From positions 74,090,001 through 74,154,000 of the forward strand of contig OX597827.1 of NCBI GenBank assembly GCA_951406725.2: 64,000 nt of DNA, written 5' to 3'. Positions 46,329 to 58,821 of this stretch are shown in pieces. The position numbers and the translations under genes were made by a program. Source of the DNA: Octopus vulgaris (Eukaryota). The notes under the pieces are model-generated. The model searched no databases. It had not been told where the DNA came from and worked only from the letters and a program-made list of their open reading frames with translations. The first letter of the stretch is position 1. Every line of letters starts with the position of its first letter.

Positions 46329-46406
46329 TCACTGTACGAAATTTGAGTATAAAATCGATTCTTTTTGCAAGTATTCAGCAACTTCCCAAATGTAAGCGTA
46401 GGACTC
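46329..46406 (-). CDS. PTP-like gene terminal coding exon
   Basis: ttctttctttggcag| acceptor. Translation ESYAYIWEVAEYLQKESILYSNFVQ* resembles the RPTP-alpha/epsilon type C-terminus EQYQFCY...YANF. Confidence 0.85.
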   Translation of the reverse strand, partial: ESYAYIWEVAEYLQKESILYSNFVQ

Positions 46407-47092
46407 CTGCCAAAGAAAGAATTATTAAATACATGAATGAAATGGTTATTAAATTAGTAAATATATGAATGAAATGAAGTGAAATCACTTAATACCTAAT
46501 TATTTGTTTTACCGTATCCTTTGCAATGTTTTTATTCATTTTCACTAATGTCAAGATTAAAATAACAATAATATATAAATTCCATATATTTTTATGTAAA
46601 TTTCTTAACCCTATGGTCACCTACTGGTTACTGTATGTTACCGACTGAATATTATTAAATAAGAATAAATTCCATTGGTACACTGCTGAATATGTTTATC
46701 TAAATTGAGAGAAACATTTACCTACCATTAACTCTAATGCAATTTCTCCAGAAGTTTAGATATGTAATATGTCAAGATAATAGCGTTACTCGAGGTTTAA
46801 AATTTTCTAGAGTAACAAGGGAAATGTTTCACTCCTTTCAATACTGAAGTCTACTAATCAAATCCATCCACATATGTGCAATTCAGTACTCCGTAAGTTT
46901 CCAGTGTAGGTTAATGAAAGAAATCATCTGATACTTAACCAAATATTCGTTAGCATATCGATGATCTTCGAAACAATTTTCAGAAAAGTGTTAAAATAAC
47001 TGTAAAAATTTGAACGACGGATATTTATCCCTGATATTTAGTAAAGACTTGGTTGAAGCACATAAAAGTGAGAAAAATGTTGCTATACTTAC

Positions 47093-47228
47093 ACAGTCAG
47101 GTATAATATTTGGTTCTATTTTCTTGATCAGTCGAACTAACCGTACTATGTTGATTACTGACTGACTGGTTATTGCATCTTTTAAAATGTGAATGATGCA
47201 CAGCAAACCACTTTTGTGAAACTTGTCA
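47093..47228 (-). CDS. PTP-like gene exon D
   Basis: 136-nt phase 2/0 exon, the characteristic size and phase of the post-P-loop PTP exon. Translation (S)DKFHKSGLLCIIHILKDAITSQSVINIVRLVRLIKKIEPNIIPDC; ttcatgtaaag| acceptor, |gtaagt donor. Confidence 0.88.
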
Positions 47229-47419
47229 CTTTACATGAAAAAAGAGAAGAAATATGTGAATAATAGATCTTACTAAAAATATGATTTCTGACAAAATTTC
47301 TTACCAACATTCAATTATTTTAGTGATATGAACATGGAATTTTTTGACATTATGTGTAAATGTTCCGTAAAAAATTTTCAATATTTACTCCAAAAAAAGA
47401 GACATTATTATTAGTTTTA

Positions 47420-47950
47420 AGGTGGAGAGCTGGCAGAATCGTTAGCACGCCGGATGAAATGCTAGCGATATTTCGTCTGCCGCTGCGTTTTGAGTTCAAA
47501 TTCCGCCGAGGTCGACTTTGCTTTTCCTCCTTTCGGGGTCGATAAATTAAGTACCAATTGAGTACTGGGGTCGACGTAACCGACTAGACCCCCGCGTTCA
47601 AAATTCCAGACTTTGTGCCCATAGTAGAAAGGATTATTATAAGTTTTAAGGCAACGAGTTAGCAGAAACGTTAACATGCCGGGTAAAATGCTTAGCGGCA
47701 TTTCGTCTGCCTTTACGTTCTGAGTTCAAATTCCACAGAGGTTGACTTTGCCTTTCATCCTTTCAGAGATGATAAATTAAGTGTCTGTGAAACACTGTGG
47801 TTGATGTAATCCACTTATCTCCTCCCCAAAATGGCTGCCCTTGTGGCGAAATTTGAAACCGTTCTTCTTCTTCTTCTTCTTCTTCTTATTATTATTATTA
47901 TTATTATTAGCAGTAGTAGTAGTAGTAGTAGTAGTCACAGCAGCAGCAGC

Positions 47951-48031
<81 letters not shown>

Positions 48032-48215
48032 TGTTGTTGTAGTAGTAGTAGTAAGCAGCGGACTGGCAGAATCCTTAGCGTGCCGGGTTAAATGCTTAAC
48101 GGCATTGCGTCCATTTGTCTGCTCTGAGTTCACATATTCTTCCATGGTCCACTTTGTCTTTCATCCTCTCTGGGCCGATAAATTAAGTGCCAGTGAAACA
48201 CTGGGGTCGATCTAA
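47420..48215 (+). mobile_element. Three head-to-tail copies of the same SINE (47420-47640, 47648-47860, 48055-48215)
   Basis: Repeated gctggcagaatcgttagcacgccgg...gagttcaaattcc...gtcgactttgcctttcatcctttcggggtcgataaattaagtacca, separated by trinucleotide tails. Confidence 0.85.
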
Positions 48216-48652
48216 GAAGACTCGAAAGTGCATATTCTCAGAAAATATTCTGAATCTGTTTTATTTTCACTTCTCAGAATGTATGAGGAGAAATATGTTC
48301 TCGGGTTATTAACATCACGCCTTAGAGGAATGAATAAGATGACAGAATATCATCAAATTTATACAAAAATGTTTGATTAAATATTCTTCTTCCTCTCTTT
48401 TTCTTTCCTTTTCTTCTGTCGTCTTTTTTTTTCTGTCTTTTTCTTTTCGCCTGTTATAAAATTGTAACTTAAAAACTGATGATGTCCTTCCATCCATGTG
48501 TGGACGCTGGTTGCTCTCATTCATACTTAATGTTTAAATTTCTGTAATTTTAATTTTTATCACTTCCTATTTTGAACATGACAAAGACAGACTTACTGTT
48601 GAAATATCGTTCAAATAATAAGATATCTTACAATCGAATCGTGCCCTTCGTC

Positions 48653-48717
<65 letters not shown>

Positions 48718-49056
48718 TATTATTATTATTATATTATTATTGCTTAATAGATTAATATATAATGTCAGTCAGGCGGACAAATTGACAGGTATATACATAC
48801 CTGAGTGCAAAGCATTTAATATAGAGCGCAAAGGAAATCAATTAAAATGATCGTGGTAATGAACTGAAGAAAGGATAGGCATTATGCCTAACGTTAAGAG
48901 AATCCGTTCATGGCAAAGTGTTGACTACTTCAAAATTCAATTAACTGAAATTCTATGTGCAATACGAAGATGAAAATATAAAGTGAGGGGCTGATATTAT
49001 ACATTATTTTCATTATTTACATTTCACGGATATTTGTCCTAATCTTGTTTGTTGTT

Positions 49057-49102
49057 AACACAACGTTTCGGCTGATACACCCTCCAGACTTCATCAGGCA
49101 TC
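49057..49102 (-). ncRNA. Minimal hammerhead-like motif in a Penelope-derived short repeat, partly degenerate
   Basis: GAUGC CUGAUGA AGUCUG...CAGCC GAAA CG UU GUGUU: core intact, stems wobble-paired or mismatched. Confidence 0.5.
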
Positions 49103-49847
49103 TTGGGAAAATTTAGAACCTGGGAATATCTCATTCTTAATATCATATTTGAATCTGATCTTTGGACTTCATAATAGTAACTCTGGACATGTTTCAATAT
49201 AGTTAGACCTGCTTAGAGAAACGAAGATATTTTCAGAACTAAGGGTATTGAATAACTATAACTTTAAAAAATGTACACCTATTGGGGTGACAATTCAGTA
49301 TAATGACTGAGGCAAACTACCTAGGGACGCCATCCAAATGACACATAATACATAACTTCCAATGTATTTCATTATGATTGCAGAGAATTTTGCTTAATTG
49401 TAATTTTCCTTAAAATGAGGAGAAAAGAGAAGCTCAATGGATAAAGTTAGTGACAGTTGGTTTGGCAAATGTTTGTAACTGCAAGAAACAAGCATAATAG
49501 GCAAGTAAACAATCACAGAAACGGCCAGAGAGTCTTATAGAGAGCCACATGGACAAGCTGATAAATAACGACGTAGACGAGGTTCGTATACTTAGGCATA
49601 TCCGTCATTTTTCTATATGTCCCCTCGTATAATCTATATATCGACTACATTCTATAATTGGTATATAGGTTACCTTGCATGACAGATTGTTTTTTTTAAC
49701 GGCGGTGCATCAGCATGACCGCAGCTCTGAGCTGAACCAAAAAAGAAATATCATACCTATACCTGCCACATTGGGTGTAATCTTTCGATGTTCTTTTATG
49801 GGGTCGTATAACTGCCTTTGCAACAATTAATCAATATTCTTACTTAC

Positions 49848-49999
49848 CTTGAGTGTATGGCAAATTTTTTATTGAACTGCTCGTTTTGATGGGTTCTTAG
49901 CATGTTACTTAGTTTTAAAACATCGGCACATGATGGATAATTTTCATCCACCCATATGGTAACCAGGAAGTGACTGATCTCATATTCTTCGATCCTCGA
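49848..49999 (-). CDS. PTP-like gene exon C (WPD-loop to P-loop exon)
   Basis: ttttcatattatag| acceptor, |gtaagt donor, 152 nt. Translation SRIEEYEISHFLVTIWVDENYPSCADVLKLSNMLRTHQNEQFNKKFAIHS ends in phase 2 at the conserved PTP intron inside the HCS motif. Confidence 0.85.
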
Positions 50000-50259
50000 C
50001 TATAATATGAAAACAGAAATAATGAACATAATGTGAATCAAAGCCGAAGGAAAATGCTTAGGTTATATTTTCTGGTTTGGTTAAGTCGCATTTGTTAGAG
50101 TTTGATTAAAACCGAATAGATTAAACCGCATTTGTTAGTGAATGTGAGGAATGAAAGGCCAATGATAATAGAGTTATAGGTAGTTGTAAGTTATGATTAC
50201 CAATCAACTTATTGAATGCTATATAACATAAGTTTACTAGATTATTGTATTTATCCTTA

Positions 50260-50330
<71 letters not shown>

Positions 50331-50335
50331 AATAA

Positions 50336-53300
50336 TATCAGCTGCGGAGAACTGAATACTGGGTTTAGTGTCCAGAGCAGGATAGCCTACTTAAACTTCT
50401 CAGGGAAGAAGGGCCACTTTTAGTCGTTTTATACAAGCCCCTCTAGAGATGGTGTCTCAATAAAAATACTGCTGGTTGCGACACGTTATCAAGACTTTCC
50501 TCTGCATGAGAGTGTGTAATAGAATTAACCTAAACAAAAATGTAAATGAGGACGGAAATACAAGTGACGGAATTTCGCCCAGCAGGTGCCCTGTGAGTGA
50601 GCAACACAGAACCGGTCGTCATTATACGTTTGCTGGAACAAAATGGTCTAAGACGATGAATATAGACTTCATGGAATGTTATTTTTTTAATAGACCTACT
50701 GATAATGAAGGGAGCTCCATCAGAGGATATAGAAAAAGAGTGCATAATTTATGGATGGAGAAGCAGGGGTCAACATTACGAAACAGAGACTCTGTGACCA
50801 TGCAAGAGCAATGAAATGAAAGGATGGCTGACAGTACTAGAGCTTGATGAGATTAGGAGGTGGGTGATAACCAAAAACATGGGGAGCGATGCAAAAGTAG
50901 ATACAAAGAATGCTGACGATGCTGCACTTAATGAGAGTAACCGAGAGAAGTATAATGTTTCCAGCCCTGAGTGTAGAGAAAGACTAAATAATGAAGACAA
51001 GAGAATGATTGAAGAAATTACCAGTATCATTGAGGAAAACCTGGATATAGAAATAAGTGGATTCAGGAATGTAGATAGAAATTTGCTCAGACGGTGGACC
51101 CTTAAGGTAAATAAAATACTGAAAGAAATCAAGACGAATAATATAACCGGAATGAATATATTGATTAAAGCTTGCATCATCTATATAGGAAATTCAGTAG
51201 GCCTCGAACCAAACCGTAAATGTGGGAACGAAGGAAAAGAACATTGGTGGAAAAGAAGAATAAAATAATCAATGAACTAACTGTGAAGAAATATCAACAT
51301 CTTGTAACGAAAGAAAAACAAAAGTGAAATCAAGAGGGAACAGAAATATGAGAAGCTAAAGCATAGATATAGGATAAAGAAAAAGGAGCTAAACGAAATC
51401 CTTGAAGAGCTGGAACTAAGAATGCAGGCTAAAGCAACAAAGAGCAAGAGATATGACCAAAGAATTGAACAATATAAAATCAACAGATCGTTCCAACGGG
51501 AGAGAAAAGGGTTTATCAACAGCTGAATGGAAAGGTTTACAGCAGTGAAAGCCCAGACGCTGAATAAAGTAAAAGGTCTTAGAGTAACATCTGGGATAAT
51601 GGAAGAAATCATAACAAAGTTGCTAAATGGTTGAAGGAATTAAGGTCGGAAAAATATGAAGTGAAGCAGCACTATAAGAATAACGACTGAAACGGTAACC
51701 GGACAGACAACAAAGATCCCAAACTGAAAGTGCCCAGGACTAGATGGGAAACAAAGATATTGGCTGCAAAATTTCCCAGCACTACACAGAAGAGTAGCCA
51801 TGCAAATGGATAAGATGATCAACAACGGTGTACAAATCCCAAAGTGGCTGACCAAATGTAAAACAATTCTTTGCCAAAAGGATCCCAGAAAAAGCAATGC
51901 AGTTGATAGTTACCTGTCTGCCCCTGGTGAGGACGCAGATGACAGGAATAATACCTAATTATGTGCATAACTGCATGGAAATGAATGACAAAATGCCTGT
52001 GGAGCAGAAAGGATGCAGAAGGAAAAGCCGAGAGACAAAGAACTAACTTCTGATAGATAGAATGGTACTGAGCGACTGCAAGAAAAGATTTACTAATCTG
52101 GGCATGGTGTGGATTGAGTATACGAAAGCGTATGACATGGTCCCCCATTCCTAGATTTTAGAAAGTCTTGAACTACTACAGGTGTCTGATAATATATCAA
52201 ATTATATTAGGAGGTCAAGGAAAACTGGAATGAAAAGTTAACTTCATGTGGAAAACGTTTGGCGACGGGTAACGTCAAGAGAGGCATATTTCAAGGAGAT
52301 GACCTACCATCATTCCTTTTTGTGATTTGTATGATACCCTTCACATAGATACTATGGTAAGTGACATCAGGATACACCTTTAAAGGGGAGGAAAATTAAA
52401 TCATCTGTTATATATATGGATGATTTAAAGATCTTTGGAAAGACCGAACGTCAAATAAACGACCTAGTTTCAACGGCGCAGATATTCAGTAAGGATATCG
52501 GAATGGAATTTGGGGCTAAAAAGTATGGTATGCTTATAATGCAAAGAGGCAAGTAATCCGTCTGATGATGTAGAACTCCCCACCGGCGAGAAAATGATAT
52601 TGAGACTAATGGCTATAAATAATCCGGGGATTTTAAAATACAACAAAATCAAGGAAAGTGAAATGAAGGAAAGCTTTAGGTAAGAATATCTCAAGTTAAT
52701 TATGGAAAGTAGACTCAATGGAAAAAATTAAAATCGGGGTAATGAACACAAGACACAAAGAGATACGGCTCAGGTGATGTTAGGTGGATAAAGAATGATC
52801 TTGATGAAATAGACAGTAAAACCAGGAAAGTGATGACAACAAGGAACTATACCCCAAAAGCAATAATGACAGAGTGTATGTGCCTAGAAACGGAAGGAAG
52901 AAGTCTCATAGGATACAAGACCTGTGTTATCAACGAGATGGGATGGTACATCAATCAGCAAAGTGAATTCTTGCTTGCCGCTGTTAGAATTAACAATATA
53001 ATACCTACCGAAAATTTATGAAGCAAGATGAAGAAGAAAGTGTAAACAACTGGAAAATGTAACAACCACATGGGCAATACTTCAGGGAAATCGAAAGAAA
53101 AAAAGATCCACCCTTAGAGATGGTTAAGGAAAAGTGATCTGCAGCAAAGTGGAGCGAAACAATTACTTTTTGCACAGATTTTTTAAACATACTTTTATTA
53201 CGAAATCCATCCATTAAAATTACGACTTTACGATGGCACATTTTTTCTATTTTTCACAGATTTCAGTAATGCTTGATAAATGTTTAAGATTTTCGGCTTA

Positions 53301-54790
53301 ACTGACTCAATCGTAACTTAAAGGATAGATGCCTTTTGCCAAAGAAGAATGATTTTTGCTGCTACAATCTTGACAATTTATTTAATACAAGGAGCTTTCT
53401 TAACTACATTCTTTTCGTTTTCTAGTTCAAATAAAACACATTTTAGTACTTCTTTCTAAGTTAGCAAAACTCGCTCGCTAAGATCACATGGAGTAACAAA
53501 TATTGGGCATTCAGTATAATGACGCGTTATTGGCATATGAGTCATCGCTAAATGTAAAATACACTGAATTTCACATGATCATCAATTTTAACAGAATGGC
53601 CTAAAGTCAAGGTACAAAGCAGAAAACTTCACACACGTACGACCTACGTCCACACGCAAGGACCGTTGCAGCGGCACTGAAGAGAAGTTCACACTCCCGT
53701 TCTCTTTATAGTCAAAGAACATCAAAAGATTATTCAATTGTATTGAAACTTGGTATGCAACCTCTTAAGGATACAATATTTACTGTTTTGCATTCAGCTA
53801 TGTAGAAATATGTATTCGTTGCGACTTGTAATCTATGAAATCCAAAATTATACCAAATAATGCGATTTTTTAAAAATTTTCAATTGCGTTACGGAGCCTG
53901 AAAACAATATTTAACCGCAAAGTTCTTTATACGCTTTTCCGCTTTTCTTTTAACCCTAATTCAGAACAAAATATCGATTCTTGATTACCTATTCCGAAAG
54001 TTGCATTTTTCACTCCACCTTAATATGCATCACCCTTGAACAAGCTCTGAGAACTAATTACATCAAGTTCCAAATATATAAGATTAGCGAATCGCCTCTT
54101 TTGTAGGATGTGTAGCAGCAGAAAAGAAACAATCTCACATATTGTTAGTTAGTTTAGCAAGCTGACCGAAAAGCACTACAACTGGAGGCACGATAATGTA
54201 GCTAAGTTCGTCCGCTGGAGGAGATGTGAGAATAAGGCCTGAACAGAGTACGGAAATGGTACGAACAGGTACCAGAAGGAGTCACCACCGAGAATAATGG
54301 ACAAAAGATACTGGGAAATTTTATAATCCAATGTGACTGCCTAATTGAGCCTCGGAGATTAGATATTGTTGTGGTAGATAAAGGAAAAAAGGAAACCAAG
54401 GTTATAGATATTGCAATACCTGAAGATGCATTCATAAATGACGTAGAACTAGAAAAGATTGAAAACTACAGACTACGAACAGACGAAACTTCAAGAATGT
54501 AGACTATGAAGAGAGTGTCTCTCATTCCAATATTTGTAGGGGCACTCGGAGCACTACCAACCAAGTTTGAGAAACATGTCAAAGAAATCGAAATTGAGAT
54601 GAGAGCAGAGCAATCCCCAAACACCTCTCATTTAAACTGTGGTACTAGGATGTTAAATTCTCCCACGATAGTTAACAATTAAGTACCACAACTTAAATGT
54701 GTGGAAAGGGACCCTGTGACACCTCTGACAGCAGGCTGCTATCCACTCTCACAGAAGCTACCAGAACAAACAAGACCGAAAGTTCCGAGA
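50336..54790 (+). mobile_element. Near-full-length decayed R4/Dong-type LINE in PTP intron, interrupted by a DNA transposon; further fragment 54880-55400
   Basis: Broken frames with WKCPGLDG, EQKGCRR, WIEYTKAYDMVPHS, IFQGD, YMDDLK, CRMC...ETISHIVS, RHDNVA, RRLDIVVVD...IDIAIP, VGALG. Confidence 0.85.
53148..54019. mobile_element. Non-autonomous TIR DNA transposon nested in the R4/Dong LINE (TTAA-type, Kolobok-like)
   Basis: Imperfect TIRs agtggagcgaaacaattacttt / aaagttgcatttttcactccacc followed by TTAA; the LINE frame resumes LIC..EQALRTNY at 54020. Confidence 0.6.
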
Positions 54791-56595
54791 AGTAAACAAA
54801 AACCAAAAAGAACAATAGCAACAACAACAATAATGATAATGACGAGCAACTACGGAGCAGTAATTGTAAAACAGTTCAGTGATGACATCAGATGGAATTT
54901 GCCTTAGATAAATGTGCACAAGCTACTTTTATTAGAGGGAAAATTACTGAAACATCCATCATTAAACTTGACCAAGAGAATATCATAAAGGAGTTAGAAT
55001 TAGAGGGGACTAAAAACATCTAGGGGTGCTTGAAGATTATGCAATTAAACATTCAATGATGAAGGAAAATATCAGGAAAGTGTTATCGAAAGGTAAGGGC
55101 AATGCTCGATACAGAGCTGATGAAAGAAACAAGAGAGAAACGATCAAAACATGAACCAGATAGGAAATTAATTACAGTTTCAATATTAATTTATTGAAAT
55201 ATGTAAGCTTGAGAGAAAAATAAGCAAAGTTTACAATGAAAAGAATGCACAACCCTAAGGCAGATGTAGAAAACTTTACTTGCCAAGAAAAGAAGGTGGC
55301 CGTGGACTCTGACAACTGCAATTGACAATGAAGATTTACACAATTGGCCTAAAAAGTTGCCTGAAAATTTCTGATGTGTGAATGCTAAAACGCGTCTCAA
55401 AACAAAAGAACCGCATACTCAAAAAAGAAAAAAAGAAAGGAAAAGAAAAGAAAAACAAAACAGGCAAGGAAATATCTAAGCGAATTCCAAATAGAACAAA
55501 TCTCAGAATCAGACGTACTGGAAGTAAGCACAGACAGAAGCTAGGCGTATGAAAACCATTGCTAAAGCTGATCATAGAACATTTAAGTTTGCAAGTGATG
55601 CAACGTAGAACTACAGAAGTGTTTTGGGAGTAGATTACGGATAACGGCTTCAAAATATAGTTGTTTTTCTTGAAAGCGAAATTTGTTGTCAGAATCAGCC
55701 ACATAAATCGTGTAAGGAAATTGAAGGTAGACGTTGAAACTGTCTCTCTACGTGTTTATTTTATTAAACAGCTGAGGGAGCTGTTTTTTCGGAGAGAAGT
55801 ATGATTGGTACGTTAAAAAATGTCAATATAATACCTACTTGAAAAAGTAGAATTGAAGGAGTGTATTTACTACATGCTTACAGTGACTTTAAAATTCACT
55901 TCAGGTAACGAAAAATGAAGACATGAAGAGCTTGAATTCAGTTCACGAATACTGCTTTGAATCTTTAGCAGTTCGCAGTGAAATGATGTCGCGTTAAAAG
56001 GCGTACAGATAATTGTGAAGTTGTAATGACGGTGAAAGTAAGAAGGATACAGATATATAAGTAGTCAAAGTAACCAGCATGTGTGGTAGCACTGAAGCAG
56101 TGTACTTTGAAAATGATTGAATAAATTTGACTATATTATTTCATGCCTAAAGATCAGATAGTTGTGTGTGTGTGCACACACACACACACACCTACACATC
56201 GTTATTTAACATCTCCTTTCTATGTTGATAAGTGTTGATCTCTTTGGCAGGAACGTGGCGAGCTGCAGGAATGCGTCGAGTTCTGAAGCTATTTTTGGAA
56301 TGGTTTCTACGGCTAGATGACATTCCTAACGCCAACCACTTTATAGAAAGTAATGTGTGCTTCTTCCTTGCCAGTAGTATTAGCGAGGATTCCATGTAAC
56401 TTGCAAGACATCAAAGAACAGAAGAAAATGAAAGGAAAAATGCTGCCACTAATGCATAGTGCAGATGGTGCCATTTTTTCAGAGTTGTGTATATCTATAA
56501 ATTTTAACAGTTGGTTAGTTATTTTTCTGCACCTTTTATAATCATTCATATAGTTATTATTATAGGATTTGTTCCTTGTTTATTTTCATCTCCAC

Positions 56596-56650
<55 letters not shown>

Positions 56651-56691
56651 TTTAAATAGAGTTGAACGAAGATGTTATTAAAATTCTTTTA

Positions 56692-56773
56692 CTTTCGACA
56701 TATGTTTCGAAGACTACATGGCTTCATTCCAAAGGAATAAACGGTGTAAAATGCAATCTTCTCATCAGGAAAG
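56692..56773 (-). ncRNA. Type-I hammerhead ribozyme (structurally complete)
   Basis: Minus strand reads: stem I CUUUC, CUGAUGA, stem II GAAGAUUGCAU...AUGUAGUCUUC (11 bp including GU pairs), GAAA, palindromic stem III CAUAUG, UC (GUC triplet), stem I GAAAG. Confidence 0.85.
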
Positions 56774-56849
56774 AAAGAGAAGTTTGCTAACCTGGTAACG
56801 ATTTATTGAATTTTCCATGTTAACGGTAAACAAAGGATAATTCATTCAT

Positions 56850-58005
56850 CCATTTATATATTGGTCCAGGCCATGTCTAACTTAATAGCACCATCCGATA
56901 GGATTATATAAATCCTGTTTAAGTCAAGTTTTGTTTATGGTCCATTCAAGTAGTGAGTTTTTGTTGGGTGAGTTGTGTCCAATTATGGGTGGCTTATCTG
57001 GTATTTCTTGAAGGAATCGATCCAGACTCCGTTTAAAGTTGATGGGATCCTTTTCTTCTTTGATCTCTTTTGGGACAATGTTAAATAGGGCAGGGCTGTT
57101 GAGGAAAAGAAATTATGTTGCAGTGTACATGTATGCTATGATCTTGAATTGGGTAGGGGACGTATGGCCCGTGGTCCCAGTCTTGGATGAACATTTAAGC
57201 TAATATTCAGGTCGTTTGGGAAAAGTTGGCGGTATATTCTCCACATCGTACAAATGATGTACCGCTCACGGCGACGCTGGAGAGAGTAGAGTTCCAAGGC
57301 TTTAAGGCAGTCCCAATAATCGAGAGCAGCCATGTCTTCAATTCGTTTAGTGAATGCCCTCTGGGGTGTTTCAAACCTCGAGATGCTTTGTCTTGTATGG
57401 ACAGCGGTATTCGAGGTGTGGCCGCACAAAGGAAGAAACAAGTGGTATGGTGACACCTTGTTCTCTGGACCGGAAAGTTCTTAAGATCCAAGAACTCATC
57501 CTACGAGCTATATCGACCTTCTTGTTGATGTGTGCACTCCAACTGAGATCGTCATCAACAATTACACCCAGGTGTCTGATATTGTTAGAGGCTGTGAGCG
57601 GTTCCTCTGAAGGAAGAGAGTATGGCTGTTTTAGTGAGGAATTTCTTCCAAAATGCATTAGCTCAAATTTTCCCTCGTTCAGTTTCATTTTGTTTCTGTC
57701 TGCCCATTGACTCACAGCATATACATCAGACTGGAGTTGAGTTCGGTCTGCTTCTTCATTGATGATTTGCTGGAGCTTAGTGACATCAGCAAATATTTTC
57801 ACTTTGCAGTCGTGTACGACACTGGAAAGTTCGTTTATGTAAATTATAAAGAGTAGCGGGCCCAAGACAGTCCCCTGGGGACACCGCTGGTGACTTTTGC
57901 TGGGCTTGAGTGGACTCCACCAACTACAGCATGTTGTGTTCTATTCGTCAGGAAATACTTAATCCAGTGTAGAAGTTTTCCACGGATTCCAACATTTGCC
58001 AATTT
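56850..58005 (-). mobile_element. 5'-truncated CR1-type LINE
   Basis: [20 protein letters not shown]...IFADVTK, WADRNKMKLN..K, LGVIVDDDLSWSAHI, VRPHLEY, LELYSLQRRRER. Confidence 0.9.
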
Positions 58006-58017
58006 TATATATATATA

Positions 58018-58137
<120 letters not shown>

Positions 58138-58208
58138 CATACATACACATATATATTTATATATATACATACATACATATACATATATATACTATATACA
58201 TACATATA

Positions 58209-58245
<37 letters not shown>

Positions 58246-58684
58246 GAAATTGATTAAGATGTATATCCTTCTCTGGCGAACCTTTACATCAATATCTAGC
58301 ATATTCTAGGTAAATGGTTGTCAATCTCTGGTGTATGATTATAATAGTTCTTATTTTTTTGTATTTCGTAATGCTATAATAACATCCAGGTATCTAGTTT
58401 TATCCATTATTGTCTAAGACTGCGGTACCGAATACAATATTTTTGGTTGTTTCTCCCGAACATCAATATATTCTACCGCTACATAACGTACCCTGTTTCA
58501 TTGTATGATTTTTCTTGGTTTTCTCCACGTCGACAAAATGTAATTTTGGGGTTGTTATCATGACTCAACAAACTATAATAGAATATAATACAAATTGGAA
58601 CGTAAGATATTGCTTTCATTATGCTATAATTTTCTTTTCAAAAGTGGAATCATATTATAAACGTCTGAAAAACTAAACACTTAC

Positions 58685-58821
58685 CTTTTCTTGTTATGGA
58701 ACCTAACCTTTAAAGCACTGTGTATACATATACCTTTATCCTCAACACTAACTAGTTCTATGAGATACTGACCCAGTTTAATTGATTCGTTCAGTGTTCT
58801 TGGCAAGTAATTAGGTGGATC
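58685..58821 (-). CDS. PTP-like gene exon B (YWP-equivalent, beta-strand exon)
   Basis: ttttctccacatag| acceptor, |gtaagt donor. Translation DPPNYLPRTLNESIKLGQYLIELVSVEDKGICIHSALKVRFHNKK is in frame with exon A. An alternative donor GTTAGG would end the exon at 58708. Confidence 0.8.

Noticed and set aside
46880-47090. Alternative PTP last exon containing 'DHRYANEY'
   Set aside because: Preceded by an in-frame stop and lacking a suitable acceptor; 46329-46406 fits far better.
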